Assembly (NCBI GenBank): GCA_046314035.1
Contig: JBKBXP010000001.1
Span: 580 to 64,579 of the forward strand
Length of the DNA stretch: 64,000 nt
Reading direction: 5' to 3'
Source of the DNA: Pseudorhizobium sp.
GTDB taxonomy: Bacteria; Pseudomonadota; Alphaproteobacteria; Rhizobiales; Rhizobiaceae
Positions within the stretch are counted from its first letter, which is position 1. Every line of letters begins with the position of its first letter. Positions 57,806 to 64,000 of the stretch are shown piece by piece. The position numbers and the translations under genes were made by a program. The notes below the pieces were generated by a model. The model made no database searches. It saw nothing but the letters and a program-made list of their open reading frames with translations, and had not been told where the DNA came from.

Positions 57806-57851
57806 GTTCGCTGTGTGTTCCACATGCATCTAGGAAATGTTTGTAGGAAAG
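57806..57851 (-). promoter_or_regulatory. tra operon control region: LexA box plus two TAGGAAA motifs
   Basis: GTTC-GCTGTGT-GTTC (57806-57820); CTAGGAAAT (57830) and TGTAGGAAAG (57842). Confidence 0.7.
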
Positions 57852-58028
57852 TGTCGAGCGGGAATCCCGCCTGGATGTGGAAGGATGCGGACGCAACTTT
57901 TGCAGTCCGACGCTCCAAACCAGCGATAACGACGCTAAACCAGTTATTTTATGTCGGTAGATACCGCCGCAGCTGACGGGATTCGGCGACGACTCGGGTA
58001 GAGGAACTGAGTCGCCTCTAAACGAGAC

Positions 58029-58061
58029 GTTCCTCGTCTGTTCTTTTTATTTTCCTACATG
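58029..58061 (+). promoter_or_regulatory. LexA box plus TAGGAAA motif upstream of the HTH/AlpA unit
   Basis: GTTC-CTCGTCT-GTTC (58029-58043); ATTTTCCTACATG (58049-58061). Confidence 0.7.
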
Positions 58062-58116
58062 GGATACTTCGCGTTATGCCTGCGAGTCGCACCAGTGCAG
58101 AAGCTAGGAGACAACC

Positions 58117-58578
58117 ATGTACCATCCAACCGCCGCCGCCAGACCGGCCAATGAAAGCCTGGCCCGCGTCCTTGCCCATGCGATCGAAGCCGCTGGCAAA
58201 CCTCGCCACCGGATTGCCAATGAATGCGGGATGCACCGCGAGACTCTGCTTCGCGTAGCGCGTGGCGAGCGGCCTATCGGGCTCGACGAAGCGGCACTTG
58301 TGCTCGCCGCCTGTGGAGCGCACCCCCGTGCAACCATGATCCTTGCTCTTGCCGGGCAAGAAGAGCTCGCCTGCGAGTGGATGCATGGCGAGATGGGCGA
58401 ATTTCTCGAAGAGTTCTTCACCAGCCTGCCCGTCCATCTGCAGCGGACCCTGGGACGCCGGATTGAGGATCTGCGGCCTCGGTGGGCTAACGGCACCTCA
58501 CAGCTCGTGGCGCGAATGCTTGCCAAGCACATCGATGATTTTGTGGGCCGCGACATCGCGATGTCGCTGTCCCGATAA
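58117..58578 (+). CDS. HTH transcriptional regulator
   Basis: RHRIANECGMHRETLLRVARGER HTH; AGGAG SD; divergent from traA. Confidence 0.8.
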   Translation: MYHPTAAARPANESLARVLAHAIEAAGKPRHRIANECGMHRETLLRVARGERPIGLDEAALVLAACGAHPRATMILALAGQEELACEWMHGEMGEFLEEFFTSLPVHLQRTLGRRIEDLRPRWANGTSQLVARMLAKHIDDFVGRDIAMSLSR

Positions 58579-58623
58579 ATCCTTGAGTTCGGAGGGGACC
58601 GAACCTTGCGAATGAGAACAGCA

Positions 58624-58860
58624 ATGCCGCATGCAACACAAGATGAAATGCACACGCCTCAACCGCCCGAAGCAGCGCCGCAGGCACGGCTTCTACGCCT
58701 GCCAGAAGTCATTGCCCGCGTAGGGCTGCGCCGTTCTGCCATCTATCAACGCATGAGCGATGGGCGGTTTCCGCGGTCGCGATCGCTAGGCCCTAAATGC
58801 GCAGTTTGGGTCGAGGCCGAAATTGATGAGTGGATCCGCTCAGTATCGCAGATGCCATGA
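58624..58860 (+). CDS. alpA: AlpA-family regulator / recombination directionality factor
   Basis: LLRLPEVIARVGLRRSAIY...GRFP....LG...VW.E.EIDEW; start codon uncertain. Confidence 0.88.
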   Translation: MPHATQDEMHTPQPPEAAPQARLLRLPEVIARVGLRRSAIYQRMSDGRFPRSRSLGPKCAVWVEAEIDEWIRSVSQMP

Positions 58861-58894
58861 TAACTATCTTTTGGCCGTTCTCTCGGGACCGCGC

Positions 58895-59116
58895 CTATCT
58901 GAGGTTCTCGGTGATCGATGTGAGTTTCGTCGCGACATTCCTTCCGTCGCGACCTTCCTTGACATCGAATTCCCAACGCTGCCCTTTGACGATTTCGTCA
59001 AATCCGGCCTGCCGTACCTCTGAGATATGGAGGAACACCTTGGGCAGCTTGTCGTCGCGCGAAATGAACGCCCAGTTTCCGTCTGGTCCAACATATTTGA
59101 CCGTGCCTGTTGGCAT
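58895..59116 (-). CDS. Cold-shock domain protein
   Basis: MPTGTVK...AFI...VFLHIS...GQ..EF...GRDG..A. Confidence 0.8.
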   Translation of the reverse strand: MPTGTVKYVGPDGNWAFISRDDKLPKVFLHISEVRQAGFDEIVKGQRWEFDVKEGRDGRNVATKLTSITENLR

Positions 59117-59124
59117 AGTGTGAA

Positions 59125-59463
59125 CTATCCTTCCCTGGCGCAATCAATGCAGGTGGCCACGGCAGGATTTTGATCTAGTCTTGCAGGTGCAATGTCCTCG
59201 CCGCATTTCAGGCAGTAGCCGAATTCGTCTTCCTCGATCCGCCGCAGCGCTGCATCGATGGCCAATCGTTCATTCCGCCGCCGCCTGGCCTGCGCCAGCG
59301 CCATGGCCTGAACTTGCATCGCATCGATCCGCGAGAGTCTGCCCACGCTGTCCTGATCGAGCGTGACCGGTGCCCGATCAGCCGCAGACAGCTGGTCCTC
59401 AGTCAGAAGCTCGTCCCGCCGGGCGAACAGTTTCTGGCGGAAAGAGGCAAGATCGCGCGCCAT
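59125..59463 (-). CDS. TraR/DksA C4 zinc-finger protein
   Basis: GRLSRIDAMQ, FGYCLKCGEDI...RL...P....CIDC. Confidence 0.9.
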   Translation of the reverse strand: MARDLASFRQKLFARRDELLTEDQLSAADRAPVTLDQDSVGRLSRIDAMQVQAMALAQARRRRNERLAIDAALRRIEEDEFGYCLKCGEDIAPARLDQNPAVATCIDCAREG

Positions 59464-59464
59464 C

Positions 59465-60316
59465 CTACCGCACGAGCAGCACCGGCACATGGACGGTGCG
59501 GATCATGGTGGTCGTCGTGCTGCCGACAATCAGGGTGCGGATCGGCGAGTGGCCATAGGCACCCATGACCAGCATCGCGCCGGGCGTTTGCTCGACTGCC
59601 TTTGCAATCACCGCTTCGGCCTTGCCGCTTTCCAGCGTCGTTGTGACGTCCCGCCCCTCGCCAAGGCGGAGCACGGCGTCGCTCAGCGCACGTCGGTGGG
59701 CCTCATTGTCCGTATCGGCCATGACCACGTTTACCGGCATTCCGGTGAACAACGTGGACTCAACCAAGCGGCCGAGGGCGCGCTTGGCGGCCGGGCTGGC
59801 ATCATAGGCAAACACAATGCTGCGTGGCTCAGCATACTCGCGCGAGGCGACGAGCACTGGCTTCCTGCTGGCGCGCACCACGCGCTCCAGCTTCGAGCCG
59901 ATATGCCCGCTGGCAAATTCGTGGGATGCGCCGCGCTTGCCGATCACGACGACGCGCGCGCCCTCTTCGCGTTCGAGGATAGTCTCAATGATGCCACCAT
60001 GGCGGTGCAGTGTGCGCACATCGAACGCCCCGCCTTCGCGCAAGCGCTTTTCGCCAGCGGCCAGCAGCAGGCGGCCGCGTTCGACTTTCAGCTTGGCATC
60101 GGCAGCTTCTATATTGACCAGCTCTTCCATGAGGCTGGTTTTGACCCCGAGACCGATAGCCCCTGACAAATCGCCGCGCGCAGCCACAGCGTCGCTGCGC
60201 TGAACGACGTGCAGCAGTTCGATCGGCATGGCAAGGCGCTTCGAAGCCCAGGCCGCCAGATCACAGACGCTGTCGGCGTAGCTCGAGGCGTCGATACAGG
60301 TGAGGACGTGTTCCAT
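59465..60316 (-). CDS. Universal stress protein (tandem USP domains)
   Basis: CIDAS, VIGKRG...GSKLE, VMGAYGHS..R..IVGSTT. Confidence 0.9.
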   Translation of the reverse strand: MEHVLTCIDASSYADSVCDLAAWASKRLAMPIELLHVVQRSDAVAARGDLSGAIGLGVKTSLMEELVNIEAADAKLKVERGRLLLAAGEKRLREGGAFDVRTLHRHGGIIETILEREEGARVVVIGKRGASHEFASGHIGSKLERVVRASRKPVLVASREYAEPRSIVFAYDASPAAKRALGRLVESTLFTGMPVNVVMADTDNEAHRRALSDAVLRLGEGRDVTTTLESGKAEAVIAKAVEQTPGAMLVMGAYGHSPIRTLIVGSTTTTMIRTVHVPVLLVR

Positions 60317-60329
60317 AGTCATGATCCTC

Positions 60330-61814
60330 TCAATGCGCGCCAAGTTGCGCTTCGGCACCCGGCTTGTCGTGTATGGCATAGCGATCGACCATAGAGGCGC
60401 TCGCCTCATTAAGCCCGACCACTTCGACTTCCGTGCCCTCGCGGCGGAACTTCAGGATCGCCTTGTCGAGTGTGCCGACTGCCGAAATGTCCCAGAAGTG
60501 GGCTTGTGATACGTCGATCACCACACGGTCCAGCACCTCCTTGAAATCGAACGCTTCGACAAAGCTCTCCGACGAAGCGAAGAAAACCTGGCCCGACACC
60601 ATGTAGCGGCGCGTCAGACCATCGGCTGAAGCTTCCGATTCGACGGTGAAGATGCGTTTGACCTTGCTCGCGAAGAACAGACCCGAAAGGATCACGCCTG
60701 CCAGTACGCCTTGCGCCAGATCATGCGTCCACACCACGATCACAACGGTGACCACCATGACGACCGAGGACTGCCATGGATGGTGGCGGATGTCGCGGAT
60801 CGAGGCCCACGAAAAGGTGCCGATCGAGACCATCACCATCACCGCCACCAGGGCGGCCATTGGGATGATGGCCACGAGCGATCCCAAGACGAGGATCAGG
60901 AACAGCAGGAAAGAGCCGGCAACGAAAGTCGATAGGCGGGTTTCGCCGCCGGACTTCACGTTGATCACCGACTGGCCGATCATTGCGCAACCACCCATGC
61001 CGCCCAGGAACCCGGTTAAGAAGTTGGCAATGCCTTGCCCCTTCATCTCGCGCTGCTTGTTTGACGGGGTGTCGGTGAGATCATCCACGATCTGCGCGGT
61101 CATCATCGACTCTAGCAAACCGACTGCCGCCATGGTCAGCGAATAGGGCAGGATGATTTGCAGGGTTTCCAACGTAAGCGGCACATCGGGGATCAGCCAG
61201 GCGGGCAGTGAGGAAGGCAGTTCGCCCATGTCGCCTACTGTGCGCACATCGAAACCGGTATAGTACACCAGCCCAGTGATCACGACGATTGCCACCAGCG
61301 GCGAAGGCACCGCCTTGGTGAGGTAGGGGAACAGGTAGATGATCGCTAGGCCACCCGCCACCAGCGCATAGGTCAGAATAGGAACGCCGGTCAGCTCTGG
61401 CAGCTGCGCCATGAAGATCAGGATCGCCAGCGCATTGACAAAGCCGGTGATGACCGAGCGCGAGACATATTGCATCAGCACGTTCAGCCGCAGGAAGCCG
61501 GCGATGACCTGGATCACGCCCATCAGGATGGTGGCAGCGAACAGATAGTCGACGCCGTGGTCGCGGATCAGCGGTAGAACCAGCACAGCGATTGCCGCAG
61601 TTGCTGCCGAGATCATGCCGGGTCGTCCGCCCACCAGTGAAATGATCACCGCGATTGAGAACGAGGCGTAGAGACCGACGCGGGGATCGACCCCGGCAAT
61701 GATCGAGAAACCGATGGCTTCGGGGATGAGGGCGAGTGCCACGACAATCCCGGCCAGGATGTCGCCGCGCGGGTTCGAGAACCACTCGCGCTTCAGTGTT
61801 TCCAAATTCGTCAT
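60330..61814 (-). CDS. sulP: SulP-family anion transporter with STAS domain
   Basis: [38 protein letters not shown]. Confidence 0.93.
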   Translation of the reverse strand: MTNLETLKREWFSNPRGDILAGIVVALALIPEAIGFSIIAGVDPRVGLYASFSIAVIISLVGGRPGMISAATAAIAVLVLPLIRDHGVDYLFAATILMGVIQVIAGFLRLNVLMQYVSRSVITGFVNALAILIFMAQLPELTGVPILTYALVAGGLAIIYLFPYLTKAVPSPLVAIVVITGLVYYTGFDVRTVGDMGELPSSLPAWLIPDVPLTLETLQIILPYSLTMAAVGLLESMMTAQIVDDLTDTPSNKQREMKGQGIANFLTGFLGGMGGCAMIGQSVINVKSGGETRLSTFVAGSFLLFLILVLGSLVAIIPMAALVAVMVMVSIGTFSWASIRDIRHHPWQSSVVMVVTVVIVVWTHDLAQGVLAGVILSGLFFASKVKRIFTVESEASADGLTRRYMVSGQVFFASSESFVEAFDFKEVLDRVVIDVSQAHFWDISAVGTLDKAILKFRREGTEVEVVGLNEASASMVDRYAIHDKPGAEAQLGAH

Positions 61815-61907
61815 GGTTGACCTTATGCTTTTCCGACGCGTCGCATCCTCCGTGACGCTGAACCGGAAGGTCTTGCGTGGCGGGTTGCGGATCGGAAGGG
61901 AGAAAAA

Positions 61908-61963
61908 GGTTATCCCGGGGATAGGCGCCGGGCCGAGCCACTCGGCAAAACCGAGTCCGGCGG
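61908..61963 (-). ncRNA. Probable cis-regulatory RNA (sul1-motif-like) in the sulP leader
   Basis: Minus strand folds: GCCGG/CCGGC stem enclosing the CUCGG-UUUUG-CCGAG hairpin, then a UAUCC/GGAUA hairpin. sul1 RNAs are known upstream of alphaproteobacterial SulP genes. Confidence 0.5.
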
Positions 61964-62116
61964 ATATGGGATGCCCGTTACACAGGATCGCTTAGCGCTG
62001 CAAGTGCGAACAATATTGTGTCGGTCACGCGTGCTTGATGAATATGAACCGCGAACAAAGGGTCTCTGTGAAACGCAGGTGACAAAAGCTTAACTCGCAC
62101 AAACTATTCTATCCGA

Positions 62117-62581
62117 ATGACAGCTTACCTTCACGATGGCGATCTCAAGCTCCGTCAGAAAGTCCGCGCCATCGTTGTCAATGACAGCGGCCAGTTCCTG
62201 CTGGTTCGCCCGCACGGCTATCGTGATGGGGAATGGACTCTCGCGGGCGGAGGCGTTGAGCATGGCGAGACCATCCATCAGGCGATGCGACGCGAAATTG
62301 CAGAAGAACTTGGAATCGCGCTCGAAGAAGACCTGGAGCAACTGCCGGTGACCAACCGCTTTATCTATAGCGCAGCACACAAGGCCAAACGTGCGCTTGA
62401 TCATGATGGGCAGGACGCTGCAATGTTTCTGGTGCGCTTGCCCGACAACACCCCACTAGCTTTGCAGGCAGAGGAAATTGCGGATGCGCGCTGGTTTGGT
62501 CGGGACGATGCTTTGAAGGCGTTCCCGGTGGCGACGCAACGTGAAGTGTTTGAGGCCTGCTTGTCGGCAGTGGCCGCTTAA
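62117..62581 (+). CDS. NUDIX hydrolase
   Basis: Nudix box GGVEHGETIHQAMRREIAEELG. Confidence 0.9.
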   Translation: MTAYLHDGDLKLRQKVRAIVVNDSGQFLLVRPHGYRDGEWTLAGGGVEHGETIHQAMRREIAEELGIALEEDLEQLPVTNRFIYSAAHKAKRALDHDGQDAAMFLVRLPDNTPLALQAEEIADARWFGRDDALKAFPVATQREVFEACLSAVAA

Positions 62582-62634
62582 CCCATCATGGTCGCGATTC
62601 AGGCTGCCGCAATTCCGGCCTTCTCGGCTGGTGT

Positions 62635-63348
62635 TTAGGTCGGTTCGTTCCGGTCTTTCCGCTCGGAATAGCGATCGACCAGTTGCTCTGCGTGCGGCCG
62701 CAGAAGCACCGTGAAGCGCACCAGTTCCTCCACGACATCCACGATGCGATCGTAGTAGCTAGAAGGCTTCATCCGCCCCGCCTCGTCGAACTCCTCATAG
62801 GCTTTGGCGACGGAGGACTGGTTGGGAATGGTGAACATCCGCATCCAGCGCCCAAGAATGCGCAACGTGTTGACGCTGTTAAAGCTTTGCGATCCGGCGC
62901 TGACCTGCATCACCGCGAGCGTGCGGCCTTGGGTGGGACGCAGCCCCTTGTAGGCCAGCGGCAGATGATCGATCTGCGTCTTCATGATCCCGGTGATCTG
63001 GCCATGCCGTTCCGGGCTGCACCAGATCTGGCCTTCCGACCACAGCGAGTGTTCGCGCAGCTCATGCACGGCCGGGTGATCGTCGCCGTCGACCTGATCC
63101 GGCAAGGGTAGGTCGGAAGGATCATAGATACGCGTCTCGCAGCCGAAAAACTGCAGCAGCCGCGCGGCTTCCTCGACGACGAGACGCGAATAGGAGCGTT
63201 CGCGCAAAGAACCGTAAAGCAGCAATATGCGCGGCGGCGGATCGAGCTCGCCCAGGCCCAGTGCAGGACGGCGATGAGCATATTCGGGCTTGAGTGCAGG
63301 AAGCTGGCCTGGATCGGCAAGCGCGCGCAGACGAGGATACTCGGACAT
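62635..63348 (-). CDS. arsH: Arsenical resistance protein ArsH
   Basis: [36 protein letters not shown]. Confidence 0.95.
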   Translation of the reverse strand: MSEYPRLRALADPGQLPALKPEYAHRRPALGLGELDPPPRILLLYGSLRERSYSRLVVEEAARLLQFFGCETRIYDPSDLPLPDQVDGDDHPAVHELREHSLWSEGQIWCSPERHGQITGIMKTQIDHLPLAYKGLRPTQGRTLAVMQVSAGSQSFNSVNTLRILGRWMRMFTIPNQSSVAKAYEEFDEAGRMKPSSYYDRIVDVVEELVRFTVLLRPHAEQLVDRYSERKDRNEPT

Positions 63349-63364
63349 ATTCAAACGAACTCCA

Positions 63365-63706
63365 TCACGCCGTTCGCGGCGCAAAGAGAATGATGGCCGC
63401 GCCAAGGATGCAGACAGCGGCTCCGGTGAAATCCCAGCGGTCAGGCTGCTGGCGTTCGACGACCCAAAGCCAGGCCAGCGATGCGGCGATATAGACGCCG
63501 CCGTATACGGCATAAGCGCGTCCCGCCGCATCGGTCGGTGCCAGTGTAAGCAACCACGCGAAGATCACCAGTGAAGCCGTTCCCGGCGCGAGCCACCAGA
63601 TCGATTTGCCTAGTCGGAGCCAAGCCCAGAAGGCAAAGCAGCCCGCGATCTCGAAGAAGGCGGCACCGACAAAAATACCGAGTGCGGGGGCAGAAATGAT
63701 GTTCAT
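63365..63706 (-). CDS. ynfA: YnfA-family small membrane protein
   Basis: [26 protein letters not shown]. Confidence 0.9.
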   Translation of the reverse strand: MNIISAPALGIFVGAAFFEIAGCFAFWAWLRLGKSIWWLAPGTASLVIFAWLLTLAPTDAAGRAYAVYGGVYIAASLAWLWVVERQQPDRWDFTGAAVCILGAAIILFAPRTA

Positions 63707-64000
63707 CCCCGCGTGTCTGCCGGAACACTGTCCGGAAACCAGCGCCGTCCGAACCAGAAGGCAACGTTGACTAGCAGGATCAGCACCGGCACCTCGACCA
63801 GAGGGCCGATGACGGCAGCAAAGGCGACCGGAGAGGCAAGCCCGAACGCGGCAATAGCGACGGCAATCGCGAGCTCGAAGTTATTGCCAGCTGCGGTGAA
63901 CGCCACTGCCGTGGTGCGCGGATAATCGCTGGCGATCAACTTGCCCATGAAGAAGCTGATGCTGAACTGGACCACGAAATAGATCGTCAACGGAATGGCG
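63703..64000 (-). CDS. acr3: Acr3 arsenite efflux pump (3' part, truncated by window edge)
   Basis: [14 protein letters not shown] and [10 protein letters not shown] signature. Confidence 0.92.
   Translation of the reverse strand, partial: AIPLTIYFVVQFSISFFMGKLIASDYPRTTAVAFTAAGNNFELAIAVAIAAFGLASPVAFAAVIGPLVEVPVLILLVNVAFWFGRRWFPDSVPADTRG

Noticed and set aside
60330-61814. SulP as a sulfur supply for phosphorothioation
   Set aside because: It lies 21 kb away in a separate stress cargo block, and SulP substrates vary; nothing in the sequence links the two.
1-64000. CRISPR array, tRNA/rRNA, IS element, integrase or rep gene
   Set aside because: No regularly spaced repeats, RNA gene signatures, transposase or recombinase motifs were seen by eye; short or degenerate elements could have been missed.

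Overview
This window is the core of a GC-rich alphaproteobacterial (most likely Sphingomonadales) conjugative element. It could be a plasmid or an ICE, since no rep or integrase gene is in view. Left to right: (1) a transfer leading region (1-14.3 kb) with a strawberry-notch-like helicase, an Xre/RES toxin-antitoxin pair, an inserted and doubly frameshifted short-Argonaute (DUF4365-APAZ + pAgo, SPARDA-type) operon, orphan ParB, ArdC, SLOG/DUF2493, two unknown genes and ssb; (2) a MOBF-type oriT followed by RHH-TraD-TrwC; (3) a cI/cro-like S24-repressor switch with a secreted nuclease operon; (4) a ~16.5 kb defence insert with an XRE + DUF4258-like gene pair and a complete phosphorothioate system, sspFGH converging on sspABCD; (5) a complete F-type T4SS operon traA to traG with a candidate entry-exclusion gene; (6) HTH/AlpA regulators and stress/arsenic cargo (csp, DksA-like, USP, SulP with a probable sul1 RNA, NUDIX, arsH, ynfA, acr3). 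The strongest unexplained signal is regulatory. Six perfect alphaproteobacterial LexA boxes (GTTC-N7-GTTC) sit at the promoters of the relaxosome operon, the pilus operon, the repressor switch, the HTH/AlpA unit, a small gene and sspA. A second recurring motif, TAGGAAA, accompanies several of them. Together they suggest a two-input SOS circuit that couples conjugation and DNA phosphorothioation. All family assignments come from motif recognition by eye; no database search was run.
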